61,057 nt of DNA from a virus (taxonomy: Duplodnaviria; Caudoviricetes). Position numbers and translations under genes: made by a program. The stretch lies in IMG/VR virus record IMGVR_UViG_3300046724_000355, positions 1-61,057 of that record; one strand, 5' to 3'. The notes beneath the pieces were generated by a model. It was not told the origin of the DNA, searched no databases, and saw nothing but the letters and a program-made list of their open reading frames with translations. Shown here one piece after another: positions 49,441 through 58,080 of this stretch (positions within the stretch are counted from its first letter, which is position 1; every line of letters starts with the position of its first letter).

Positions 49441-49648
49441 CCGGTTCAACGACGACACCTTGGACGACGGCCACGATCCCGACCGTTGCCCGAAGTGGTT
49501 CGGCGAGGACAGCGAAGGCCGGCCGCGGCCATGTCTGCGTTGTAAGCCGCATCTGCGTCCCGGGTTTCGCCGGGACTATTACCCCGAATCGCTCCCGTCC
49601 GCCGCCGCCCAAGCAGCGATTGAAGCAGCCGAAAGAGAGGACCCCTGA
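49430..49648 (+). CDS. Small Cys/His protein
   Basis: C..W.G.D..GRP.PC..CKPH. Confidence 0.7.
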   Translation: MAPDRFNDDTLDDGHDPDRCPKWFGEDSEGRPRPCLRCKPHLRPGFRRDYYPESLPSAAAQAAIEAAEREDP

Positions 49649-50154
49649 TGGGGATGAGTCTGAGTGGAGATGTGTTCTGGGGCTTCGACCTCGGATGGAG
49701 TGACGACATCGAAGAGGACGAGATGCCGCAATGGTGGCAGAACGACGAGGAGTGGGAGGAGGTCCTCGCGCGTGCCCTCGGCTGGGTCGAAGCACCTCAT
49801 CCGACATGGCCCGAAGGACTGAATGACTACCGGATAGCCGGAGAAGAGCGCGACCGCATACGAACACAGTTCGAGACGACGCCCGAGTATCAAACGTGGT
49901 CGGAGAACCGTAGCCAACTGCACTCTCTGGTCGAGAGCATCGGCGTCGAAATCGACAGCTACGGCTACGAATACGGCGCGAGGGCAGTTCGTGTGAAGGC
50001 GTCGGCGCAACGCTGCGATTACAGCGCTAGGCGGCTGACTGACCTTGTTGTCGGTCCTGGGTGGCCAGAGGAGCTGGCGCGGTTCTGTGAGCTGCTGGAG
50101 CTTCGGGTACCCGCAGAAGGTCCGGGCTGGCACGTTTGCGCGTCGTGGGGATGA
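49648..50154 (+). CDS. Hypothetical acidic protein
   Basis: TGATG coupling. Confidence 0.75.
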   Translation: MGMSLSGDVFWGFDLGWSDDIEEDEMPQWWQNDEEWEEVLARALGWVEAPHPTWPEGLNDYRIAGEERDRIRTQFETTPEYQTWSENRSQLHSLVESIGVEIDSYGYEYGARAVRVKASAQRCDYSARRLTDLVVGPGWPEELARFCELLELRVPAEGPGWHVCASWG

Positions 50155-50393
50155 GCCGAATGATCCTGCGTACCTTCCAGCTTCACCGCACAGAGGACGT
50201 GAACGGCCTGAGCGGATCCGGTGTCGTGGCTGACGGCGTGGTCTTCCCTGACGGCCGTTGCGCATACCGGTGGCGTACCGGTGTCGCGAAGGTGGCGACA
50301 ACGGTGACCGCGGACCGGATCGAGGACGTGGAAGCGCTCCACGGGCATGAGGGCCGCACCCGCATCGTGTGGACGGGAGCCGACCATGCCTGA
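50151..50393 (+). CDS. Conserved phage protein
   Basis: R.EDV.G.SG.GVVADGV.F.DG..HGH.G.TRIVW. Confidence 0.8.
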   Translation: MSRMILRTFQLHRTEDVNGLSGSGVVADGVVFPDGRCAYRWRTGVAKVATTVTADRIEDVEALHGHEGRTRIVWTGADHA

Positions 50394-50580
50394 GCCTGCC
50401 GCCTGGATCCGGCAGATCGAGGACGCCGCAGAGCGTGGAAGCCGCGGCACCTTCGGCCCCTGCGGCGAACAAGGCTGCGACGCCTGTGATTGGCGCCCGC
50501 CGGTCGCACCGACCCCGACAGGCATTGTCGGCGAGGCTATCTCGATGCTGTCCCAGCTCACCCGTGGGGGTGGAAAGTGA
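50386..50580 (+). CDS. Hypothetical protein
   Basis: Coupled in operon. Confidence 0.55.
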   Translation: MPEPAAWIRQIEDAAERGSRGTFGPCGEQGCDACDWRPPVAPTPTGIVGEAISMLSQLTRGGGK

Positions 50581-50894
50581 CTCCCGAGGAAATCGGGGCC
50601 GAGGCCATCAATCGGCTGGCGCGCATGCAATTCGAGCACGACGAGCCGAGCCCTGGTGACCGGTATGAGGATTGGGCTCCGCAGTACCGGCGTGAGGCCA
50701 CCAAGTTCGTGGACGCCCTCGGCGACATGCTGCCGACCGCCATCGAGTGGGGTTATGTCTGCGGCGAATGCGATGTCGAGCAGCCCGGTGTGCCGTGCGT
50801 GCGTTCGACCGACGAGGTTGCCATCCGGAAGATGCATTCCGGGTTGCCGATCCTTCGCCGTTACCACCACGACTGGCAGGAGGTGACCGAATGA
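50577..50894 (+). CDS. Hypothetical protein
   Basis: GTGA coupling. Confidence 0.65.
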   Translation: MTPEEIGAEAINRLARMQFEHDEPSPGDRYEDWAPQYRREATKFVDALGDMLPTAIEWGYVCGECDVEQPGVPCVRSTDEVAIRKMHSGLPILRRYHHDWQEVTE

Positions 50895-51139
50895 CGCTGG
50901 TCTTGCCGGATGGCTGGCCCGATGGCCCGATGGATGAAGTGCTCGGCGAGCTTCTGAAGGCCGCGTTCATCGCCTGCTGCGAGCCCGGCTCATATGTGAA
51001 CGGGGATCGATCGTATTCCCCGGCTTGCACTCGCTTGGACGGCTGGTTTGATCTGCGCCGCATCGGCGTAGCCATTGCCCCGCACATGCGAGCGCTCATC
51101 CCCAGCGCCGAATCCAACGACCAAACCCCTCAAATCTGA
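50891..51139 (+). CDS. Hypothetical protein
   Basis: GGAGG RBS, ATGA coupling. Confidence 0.65.
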   Translation: MTLVLPDGWPDGPMDEVLGELLKAAFIACCEPGSYVNGDRSYSPACTRLDGWFDLRRIGVAIAPHMRALIPSAESNDQTPQI

Positions 51140-51152
51140 ACCAGGAGACCCC

Positions 51153-51416
51153 ATGTCCGACCACCCGACTTTGTCGATGCACGAATCCGAGCTCGCCGAT
51201 TACCACCCCGACACCGCCGCGCCGTCCACCATCAACAACCGTGGCGACCTCGAGCTCGCCTTCGCCCACGCCATGTACGGCAGCCATGTGGACTCCGGCA
51301 CCCCCATCGGTTTGGAGGTGGTCAACACGATCGGCCGCGAGCTGGTCGCCCCGTACGTCGACGCGTTGCTGCGGACCCCGGGCCTGCACATCACCTACGC
51401 GCCGGGACAGCCCTAA
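51153..51416 (+). CDS. Hypothetical protein
   Basis: AGGAG RBS. Confidence 0.65.
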   Translation: MSDHPTLSMHESELADYHPDTAAPSTINNRGDLELAFAHAMYGSHVDSGTPIGLEVVNTIGRELVAPYVDALLRTPGLHITYAPGQP

Positions 51417-51496
51417 CCGATTCTGCGGTCCGCGCGGCAACCGGTGAGCGACCGCGCGACCTCTTGTTATCCCTCACTCCGGCAAGGAGATTCGCT

Positions 51497-51685
51497 GTGT
51501 CGACCCAGGCATACCTCACCAGAGATCAAGTCGCGAAGCGGCTCGGACTCGCACCCAAGACACTCGCCAATTGGGCGTCCGAGGGTAAGGGGCCGAAATT
51601 CATTCGGTTCGGACGTAAACGCGGGCGCGTCCGATACCCAGCCGAAGAATTCGAAGCGTGGGACAAGACACACACCGAAACCTAA
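51497..51685 (+). CDS. xis: Excisionase (HTH_17/AlpA-like)
   Basis: YLT..QVAKRLG..TLANW..G.GPKF..VRY; directly before integrase. Confidence 0.85.
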   Translation: MSTQAYLTRDQVAKRLGLAPKTLANWASEGKGPKFIRFGRKRGRVRYPAEEFEAWDKTHTET

Positions 51686-51703
51686 CAACACCAAGGGGAA
51701 TGG

Positions 51704-52990
51704 ATGTCGAGCGAGCGATTGGTGCCGGGCGGCCGGCCGAAGAAGCATCTCCTGGAACCCGTCAAAGGGCCCGACGGCATCTGGCACCTCGACCGGATCC
51801 GTCACAGAACCCTCAGTGGTGCATACACGCGAACCAGTGCGAGCGGCCGGACGAAGAAGGAGTGTCTGGCGCAGTGGGAGGACAGGTTCGAGAAGAACCG
51901 GCACAAGGGGTCGGTCAGGACCACGCGCTCCGACGTCGCGAGAATACGATTCACCGCCGACGACAAGATGATCGACGTCTTCGAACACTTCATCAAGATG
52001 TGTAAGAAGAAGGTCGAGCAAGGAAAGATCAAAGCCCAGACCGTCGACGGATACAGCCGCGCCATATTCCCATGCCATGGCAAGAACTCCTCCGGGGACG
52101 CAATAAAACTGGAGAAGGAGCTCGGACACCTGACGGTCGGCGAGGTGGGGGACACGGCGTTCCTGTGTGACTACCTTGACGACATTTACGCACTGAAGAA
52201 GGGCACCGCGAGTGTCCACTATCAGATCTTGACGCAGGTCTTTCGGATGCTGACCCGGATAGGGCCGTTCAAATACGATCCGATGGCGCCGGTGTCGAAC
52301 CCGTACGTCTCCGGTGGGACGCAACGAGCGTTGAAGCCGGCCGAGCGTGACGCCCTGTTCGATCTGTTCTGCACTCGAGCCCCGCACACGAAGTACCGCC
52401 GCATCCTGTTCCTGCTGCTGCTGGGCACCGGCATGCGGATCGGCGAAGTGCTGGGCTTGCGCTGGACCGACGTAGACCTCCGCGAGGGGAGCGAGTGCGC
52501 CGTGATCCACGTGTGCGGCACCATCGTGCAAGCGGCGTCCGGCGGCAAGGCGCACAGGCAGGACAAGCGCAAGAACAACGGGCAGTTCTACTTCCTGACC
52601 CTTCCCCTGTGGCTCACGGTGGAGCTTCGGGAGTGGCGATCCCAGGCCGGCCCGGTCGATGACAGCGACCACGTCTTGGTGACGATGCGCAAACGATTCC
52701 TGTCGATTGCCGCGGCCGAGGGATTGTTGAGGCGGATCGTGGGCGGAACATCGATGGACTGGGTGCAACTCAGCAACTTCCGGGATACTGCCGCGACCCA
52801 CGTCAAGGGAAAGACCGGGGATGCGTCGCGGGCGAGTGCCCAGTTGGGGCATTCGGAGGCGTCTACGATGGCGATCGTCCACTACATCGACAAGGACGGC
52901 TACCAGCATCCGGCGGTGGACAATTCGGCTGCTATGGAATCGTTGAAGCCGTCAAAACTGGAGCAGAACTGGAATTTCAGTGCAGCCTAG
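51704..52990 (+). CDS. int: Tyrosine integrase
   Basis: TGMRIGE.LGLRW.D, K, NFR, LGH, HY catalytic set. Confidence 0.93.
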   Translation: MSSERLVPGGRPKKHLLEPVKGPDGIWHLDRIRHRTLSGAYTRTSASGRTKKECLAQWEDRFEKNRHKGSVRTTRSDVARIRFTADDKMIDVFEHFIKMCKKKVEQGKIKAQTVDGYSRAIFPCHGKNSSGDAIKLEKELGHLTVGEVGDTAFLCDYLDDIYALKKGTASVHYQILTQVFRMLTRIGPFKYDPMAPVSNPYVSGGTQRALKPAERDALFDLFCTRAPHTKYRRILFLLLLGTGMRIGEVLGLRWTDVDLREGSECAVIHVCGTIVQAASGGKAHRQDKRKNNGQFYFLTLPLWLTVELREWRSQAGPVDDSDHVLVTMRKRFLSIAAAEGLLRRIVGGTSMDWVQLSNFRDTAATHVKGKTGDASRASAQLGHSEASTMAIVHYIDKDGYQHPAVDNSAAMESLKPSKLEQNWNFSAA

Positions 52991-53275
52991 CGGGATAGCA
53001 GGCGGCTGAGCTGGCCCGGGGCCGTGATTACATAGTTCCTGTTGCAGAGTTGATGAATGGCTGTGCGTCCAGGCGTTGAGTACCGGAATCGTGCTGGCAT
53101 CAAAGGGTTTCGGAGTCGTGAGGATTCCCGGGGCTTCCCTCGGTTTCCTGGGGATTCCTAGGTTCGGGCCCGAAAATTGCAGGATTCCGGCGCGCAAGGT
53201 TGGAGCCGGGCGTGGAGTGAGATTCCCGCTGTTTCCCGCACAGATAGGCTCGATCCGACGGCAATCATGGAGTCC
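52956..53275. other. Putative attP
   Basis: Noncoding after int; tandem TGGA(G) arm-like pairs; GGNTTCC repeats at 10-bp period. Confidence 0.65.
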
Positions 53276-53482
53276 TGAGCCGACTTATGAGGGGTCCGCC
53301 AGGACGGCTGAGCAGCGCAGCTGTACACCGTGCTCGATGTCCTTCCCGGCGTGTCAGGTTATCGACACGCTGGGAGGGTCGGAGGCCGGGCAATCGGGTA
53401 GCAACCGGACGGGGGAGTGGGTTGTCCCGGGAGCGTCATTGCTCCCGCACGCTGTTGTGCCGGACAACCCGATTCGGGTGGT

Positions 53483-53839
53483 CTACTGCTCGAACCGCGC
53501 GCGGTCGGTCACGTACCAGACCTCGACATCGGAGTACACGCCGTGCTCCCCGGCGAACGACCGCGTCCCGTGCTCGTCATCGACGCCGTCACCCGGCCCG
53601 AGCTGAGAACTCCACGCCTGCGCCACCGATTCCGGGCGCGCGTACTCGTACTCGGGAACTTGGCCTTTCAGCTGGAACGGTGGCCGGCAGGACCAGCGGA
53701 TCGGCGGCAGGTCCGGGAAGACGCCATTGATGTACTCCGACACCGCTTCGGACATCCTCGATTCCAGCTCGAGGAAATTGATCTCGGGCAGCGGATCGGG
53801 TGCGCCCTCGTGGCGGCCGTCGTCGGACATTCTGCTCAT
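53483..53839 (-). CDS. Hypothetical acidic protein
   Basis: AAGGAG RBS, ATGA coupling. Confidence 0.7.
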   Translation of the reverse strand: MSRMSDDGRHEGAPDPLPEINFLELESRMSEAVSEYINGVFPDLPPIRWSCRPPFQLKGQVPEYEYARPESVAQAWSSQLGPGDGVDDEHGTRSFAGEHGVYSDVEVWYVTDRARFEQ

Positions 53840-54102
53840 CGGGGCTCCTTGGCGTGATGCTCGCGGATCGCGCTCTCGACGGCCTGCTGTCCGGCTTCCT
53901 TGGAATCGGCACGGCCGCGCCCGATCTCGCGAGTCACGAACTCGATGTCGAACTCCTCCGCAGTGTGATTCGCCCACCAGGTGAATCGGCCGCGCCGCCC
54001 CATCCGGTAGACGTGTGCGGCGTAGGTTCCGATCGTGAGCGTGCTCGACTCCATAGTGGTCGGCGGAGTATCGAACCACTCCGCTGTGTAGGTGAGCTGC
54101 AT
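53836..54102 (-). CDS. Hypothetical protein
   Basis: AAGGAG RBS downstream of a consensus promoter. Confidence 0.75.
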   Translation of the reverse strand: MQLTYTAEWFDTPPTTMESSTLTIGTYAAHVYRMGRRGRFTWWANHTAEEFDIEFVTREIGRGRADSKEAGQQAVESAIREHHAKEPR

Positions 54103-54135
54103 GTGAATCTCCTTGCCTGAGTGGCTGATAGCCCA

Positions 54136-54164
54136 ACAATACATCTATAGGGATTTATAGTCAA
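54136..54164 (-). promoter_or_regulatory. Leftward SigA-type promoter
   Basis: TTGACT-N17-TATTGT. Confidence 0.75.
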
Positions 54165-54188
54165 CCAGGCGGATGTATAGTCTTCGAT

Positions 54189-54398
54189 GTGATCAGGTAC
54201 CTAAGCCTCAAGGAGTTCGCCGAACGCGCCGGCCTCGCCTACGGCACCGTCAAGCACTACTGGCACGCGAAGCGTCACCTCATGCCCGAGCCTGACGCCC
54301 AGATCGGCGACGAGCCGCCGCATGTGGGGTGGCTGCCGGAGACGGTCGACAACTGGGAGCGGCCCGGTAGGGGCTCGCGAACAGACCTTCGAGGGTGA
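54189..54398 (+). CDS. Small HTH DNA-binding protein (MerR/AlpA-like)
   Basis: YLSLKEFAERAGL..TVKHY..PEPDA.IG..GW.PETVD.W..PGRG.RTDL. Confidence 0.85.
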   Translation: MIRYLSLKEFAERAGLAYGTVKHYWHAKRHLMPEPDAQIGDEPPHVGWLPETVDNWERPGRGSRTDLRG

Positions 54399-54407
54399 GG
54401 GATTCGA

Positions 54408-54436
54408 TAGACAATAAACCCATGCGGATGTATTGT
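54408..54436 (+). promoter_or_regulatory. Rightward SigA-type promoter
   Basis: TAGACA-N17-TATTGT, near copy of the leftward promoter. Confidence 0.7.
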
Positions 54437-54479
54437 TGGGTGAGCGCCCTCCGCAACGCTTCTCCAGAACGGACAGCCC

Positions 54480-54680
54480 ATGATCACCGTCACTGACATC
54501 CACACCGGCGCACACGCCACCATCAACGTCTACGCCTTCACTGAAACCGTCACCCCCTGGTTCCCCGACGCCCCCGCTGAAGTCCTCGAAGGCATCGCCG
54601 ACGTGCAGGGACAGCTGAACCGGAACGAGTTCATCGCCAGATCTGCGGTCGACTCCCTCGGCCTCGAGATCGAGGCGTAG
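54480..54680 (+). CDS. Hypothetical protein
   Basis: First gene after promoter. Confidence 0.65.
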   Translation: MITVTDIHTGAHATINVYAFTETVTPWFPDAPAEVLEGIADVQGQLNRNEFIARSAVDSLGLEIEA

Positions 54681-54682
54681 TC

Positions 54683-55171
54683 ATGGGCTGTGACATCTAC
54701 ACCTTCGTCGAATGGCGGACACCCGAAGGCGAATGGCAGCAGGTGGACGCCGAGAAGGAGCTGTTCGGCTGGCGCTCCTACAACACATTCGGATGGCTCG
54801 CTGACGTCCGGAACTACTCGGCCGTCCCGTTCATCGCCGCGGGTCGCGGACTGCCTGCCGACGTCTCCGACACTGTGCGCGCCGAATATGAGGAGTGGGG
54901 GCTCGATGCCCACAGTGCCTCATGGGTGTCTCTGGAGGAGCTGGCGAAGTTCGATTACGACCAGCCGGTTGAAGACCGACGCGTATCCGGGGTGATAAAG
55001 GAGGGCATCGCCGCAGGCATCCGGACCGGTGCGTACACTGCCGAGCCTGGCGGCGGCGAGATGACCACCTACCGAGAGTTCCTCGGAACCGGGTTCTTCG
55101 ATGACATGGCTGTCCTGGCGCGGATCGGCAAGGACGGCCCGACGCGTCTCGTGTTCTGGTTCGACAACTGA
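54683..55171 (+). CDS. Conserved phage protein
   Basis: MGCDI..R.Y..F..LA.VRN..RGLP.D..HS.SW..RLVFWFDN. Confidence 0.85.
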   Translation: MGCDIYTFVEWRTPEGEWQQVDAEKELFGWRSYNTFGWLADVRNYSAVPFIAAGRGLPADVSDTVRAEYEEWGLDAHSASWVSLEELAKFDYDQPVEDRRVSGVIKEGIAAGIRTGAYTAEPGGGEMTTYREFLGTGFFDDMAVLARIGKDGPTRLVFWFDN

Positions 55172-55201
55172 CCACACCATCTACCGCATCCTGGAGAAGT
55201 C

Positions 55202-55426
55202 GTGAACGACACCCAAACCCGCCCGGCACTCCCTGGTGAGCGCTGCACCTGCGGCAGGCAAGCCACCGAAGTGTTCATCACCGCCGACCATGGCGACGTC
55301 GGCTACTGCGGCCGATCGGATGGCGGCCAGAAGGGGCCGTGCGTGTTCTGTGGCGCCCCCCGGCATGTGGGGCGATGCCCTGACTACCGGCTGCGTGCCG
55401 ACGACGCCGAGGGAGCGAATCCATGA
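55202..55426 (+). CDS. Small zinc-finger protein
   Basis: CTCG..YC..CVFC..H..CP. Confidence 0.7.
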   Translation: MNDTQTRPALPGERCTCGRQATEVFITADHGDVGYCGRSDGGQKGPCVFCGAPRHVGRCPDYRLRADDAEGANP

Positions 55427-55785
55427 CCGCCGATGCCCTGTCCCGGTTGCGTGCCGGACTCGCGGAGGCAGAAGGTGCGGCGAACTTCGCGCTGGAGTTG
55501 GAGCGTCCATATCGCGAGATGACAGACCAGACAGCCGAGGTCAGCTACGAATGGGTACGGCACACCCGCCTGAGCAACGGCGGCAGCGGCGCGATGTTCG
55601 TCGATGGAGCACCCGCGCCCGAGGACGTCCTACGCACGGTGGAGGCGATACGGAAGGTGATCGACAAGGTGGGGCTGGTGCTTCATTGGCATTCTGACGC
55701 CACCGTGCACCTTGCCGCTGAGGATATTTACGAAGCCCTGGCCTCCATCTACCCCGCCGACGAGACGGAAGGAACGAACCCGTGA
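55423..55785 (+). CDS. Hypothetical protein (DUF6221-like)
   Basis: P..VLR.VEA.R.VI..LASIY pattern. Confidence 0.65.
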   Translation: MTADALSRLRAGLAEAEGAANFALELERPYREMTDQTAEVSYEWVRHTRLSNGGSGAMFVDGAPAPEDVLRTVEAIRKVIDKVGLVLHWHSDATVHLAAEDIYEALASIYPADETEGTNP

Positions 55786-55913
55786 GTGGAACCGGAACCC
55801 GATCAGCGATGGAGGCGATGGAGGAGTGGTTCCGTGCGGCCATGATGCGCGAACACCGTTATGGCGTGCCCCGTACCTACGCCACCACCGAATCCCGGTC
55901 GGCGACACCGTAG
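55782..55913 (+). CDS. Hypothetical protein, 43 aa
   Basis: GTGA coupling. Confidence 0.4.
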   Translation: MSGTGTRSAMEAMEEWFRAAMMREHRYGVPRTYATTESRSATP

Positions 55914-55962
55914 TGGCGTACCCTTGCACCTGTCCATCAAGCGCAGTATCGCAACTCGCTGC

Positions 55963-56204
55963 CGAGAGCCGGTCCCGGAATTCCCCCTCCGCGACCGGCT
56001 CTCGTCGTTTCCGGGGGCGCGCGGCGACTCGAGATCTCACCGCGGCTCGAGTACCCTCGATCGGGAGTCAGCGCTCACTTCTCCTTTCTCTCTGGGTTGA
56101 GTTGGTTCGGGTGTCGCAACTTGTTCCGTGCGCTGACGCTGCCGCAACGCGCTGCGGCAGATGCTGTGGCCGCCGCTCCATCCCCCCGAGCGGCGGCCAC
56201 AGCA
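55963..56204. ncRNA. Candidate structured RNA (five stems) upstream of NUMOD4-HNH
   Basis: Perfect stems of 12, 7, 8, 8 and 17 bp packed into about 240 nt. Confidence 0.45.
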
Positions 56205-56231
56205 GTGTCAGGCTCGAGATCAACAGCGAAA

Positions 56232-56780
56232 ATGCCTACCCTGCAACGTATGGGCAATCTCGCGAGCGTGGACAACCCTGGGGAGAGATGGCTTCCCGTT
56301 GTCGGATTCGAAGATCTCTACGAGGTAAGTGATCGCGGACAGCTGCGAAGCCTCGCCCGGCTCGTGCACAGGCCACATCGCGGTCCCTACATGATCCGAT
56401 CACGCATCCGGAAGACTGTCGTCAATCACACCGGGCATGTGATGACGACGCTGTTCCGGGAAGGCGACAAGAAGCTCGTCTACGTCCACCGACTTGTACT
56501 TGAGGCGTTCGTAGGGCCGCCTCCGGTCGGCCTGGTTGGGTGCCACAACAATGGGTCACCGACAGACAATCGCGTCGAAAACCTAAGGTGGGACACGCTT
56601 AAAGCCAACTCGCAAGACATGGTCAAGCATGGCAACTGCCACTCTCTACGCAAGACCCGTTGCCCAGCAGGCCACGAGTACGACCGCGTAGATAAGCACG
56701 GATACCGTCAGTGCACCCCGTGCAGGCGAGAGCAGAGCGCCCGATCCAGGGCGAAGCGGCGGCAGGTGACGCCGGTATGA
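56232..56780 (+). CDS. NUMOD4-HNH homing endonuclease
   Basis: ERWLPVVGFE.YEVSD.G..RS; VHRLVLEAF; H.NG..DNR..NLRW; CPAGH..C..C; start uncertain (56232-56268). Confidence 0.92.
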   Translation: MPTLQRMGNLASVDNPGERWLPVVGFEDLYEVSDRGQLRSLARLVHRPHRGPYMIRSRIRKTVVNHTGHVMTTLFREGDKKLVYVHRLVLEAFVGPPPVGLVGCHNNGSPTDNRVENLRWDTLKANSQDMVKHGNCHSLRKTRCPAGHEYDRVDKHGYRQCTPCRREQSARSRAKRRQVTPV

Positions 56781-57463
56781 CCGACCACCTGAACCCCAAC
56801 CACATGTTCATCGAGCGGCACGACCTCAAACTGTTGCGCGAACTGCTCCACGGGATCCCTGAACTGGCAATCCAGCTCGGCATAGCCATCACCAAACAGG
56901 CGCGCCTCGGCGAAGTCGGACGCTCCCGCAAACCCCGCCGGCCATCCGAACAGCCGCTCCCGTATCACGCCGCCGCCGCGGACATTGCCGCCGAACTGCA
57001 CAACGCCCTGGTCGGCTGGGTCCGCTTGACTTGTGAGCAGCGGGCCATCGAATATGGCGGCCCCACCGGCACACCAGGATTGGCGCGATGGCTCGAACGC
57101 AACGTCTACGCGCTGGCGATGACCGAAGGGTCCGACACCGCTCTCGATGAGCTCCGCGACTGTGTGCGCCGCGCCGAATGGATTGTCTGTCCACCGTCGA
57201 TGCCGATGGTGATCGATCAGGAAAAGATCGACCGCGCACGCAAGCTACGGTTGAACGCTTCCGGAATCGCCGCGATGGCAAGGGAGCTCGGCGAAGAGTA
57301 TCGGCATCTGACCAGGCGCAGGGTTCATGTGCTGCGTGAGGCGAAATTGGTCTACCCCGTTCCGGGGCCGTGGCGGTCGGATTGGGTGCTGTTCGTGGTC
57401 GGCGACGTACTCGATGCACATCTAGTACTGCCGATTCGCGAACGACATGCCGAAGCCTGCTGA
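56777..57463 (+). CDS. Putative late transcriptional regulator with C-terminal HTH
   Basis: PLPY..A..L.GW pattern; C-terminal HTH and VGDVLDAH; last large gene before right arm. Confidence 0.55.
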   Translation: MTDHLNPNHMFIERHDLKLLRELLHGIPELAIQLGIAITKQARLGEVGRSRKPRRPSEQPLPYHAAAADIAAELHNALVGWVRLTCEQRAIEYGGPTGTPGLARWLERNVYALAMTEGSDTALDELRDCVRRAEWIVCPPSMPMVIDQEKIDRARKLRLNASGIAAMARELGEEYRHLTRRRVHVLREAKLVYPVPGPWRSDWVLFVVGDVLDAHLVLPIRERHAEAC

Positions 57464-57574
57464 CCTCGCACGGACTGTTACGGACGGTCATTTTGCTACG
57501 CTAAGCGCGTGGCGCACGTTGTGTCCGCGCCCCGGATGGATGTTCCGGACAATCCCACAAATCCTGGAGCATCC

Positions 57575-57772
57575 ATGCAGAACATCACCATCGGCCGCTA
57601 CAGCGAAGCCGAGGGCATCGAAAAAGCGTTCGCCGGTTGGATCGAAGGCGTCCGCGACGACGGAACCAGCTGGATCATGTACCTCGATGCCGAGGGCAAT
57701 CCCGAAACATTCTGGGCGCAGAGGGAATCCGACGGGGCCGTCATCGGCGACGCGATGATCCTCGCCCCTTAG
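57575..57772 (+). CDS. Hypothetical protein
   Basis: GGAG RBS; GWIEG..WIMYLD..G.P. Confidence 0.7.
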   Translation: MQNITIGRYSEAEGIEKAFAGWIEGVRDDGTSWIMYLDAEGNPETFWAQRESDGAVIGDAMILAP

Positions 57773-57775
57773 TCT

Positions 57776-57866
57776 CCGCAGTGCGTTCCCCGCTACTACC
57801 AATCGGGCGGTAAGCGCATCCATGATCCCGTTCCTCATCTCGGGTAGATGCTGCTGCGCACTGCGG
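57776..57866. ncRNA. Candidate three-way-junction RNA
   Basis: 10-bp closing stem plus two inner stems. Confidence 0.4.
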
Positions 57867-57907
57867 GTTTCACGCCTTCCCCGCATCCCTCCGGAACGGA
57901 AGTCGCC

Positions 57908-57985
57908 ATGGACTCGAACATCATGCTGATGATCACCATGATCGGCGTCATAGTGCTGGTGATACTCAATGTCGAGGAGTCCTGA
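57908..57985 (+). CDS. 25-aa hydrophobic peptide
   Basis: MDSNIMLMITMIGVIVLVILNVEES; TGATG-coupled to next ORF. Confidence 0.5.
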   Translation: MDSNIMLMITMIGVIVLVILNVEES

Positions 57986-58080
57986 TGGATCTGTGTTCGT
58001 GGCTGCATTCCCTGCTGCAGTACCCGGTCGCCAATGTGCCTCGCGTGTATGAGCTTCCGCTCAAAACCTGGCGCTGGTGA
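57985..58080 (+). CDS. 31-aa peptide
   Basis: Coupled on both sides. Confidence 0.45.
   Translation: MDLCSWLHSLLQYPVANVPRVYELPLKTWRW

Noticed and set aside
55630-56275. Minus-strand chain of GTGA-coupled ORFs (66, 13 and 136 aa)
   Set aside because: SD only 2 nt from the GTG, low-complexity products, antisense to plausible plus-strand genes
55920-56780. Group I intron or IS200/IS605 IscB element
   Set aside because: No interrupted gene, recognisable P7 core, RuvC or PLMP motif; the protein is NUMOD4-HNH
57776-57866. Hammerhead ribozyme or second tRNA
   Set aside because: Lacks the CUGANGA/GAAA core and a T-loop on either strand
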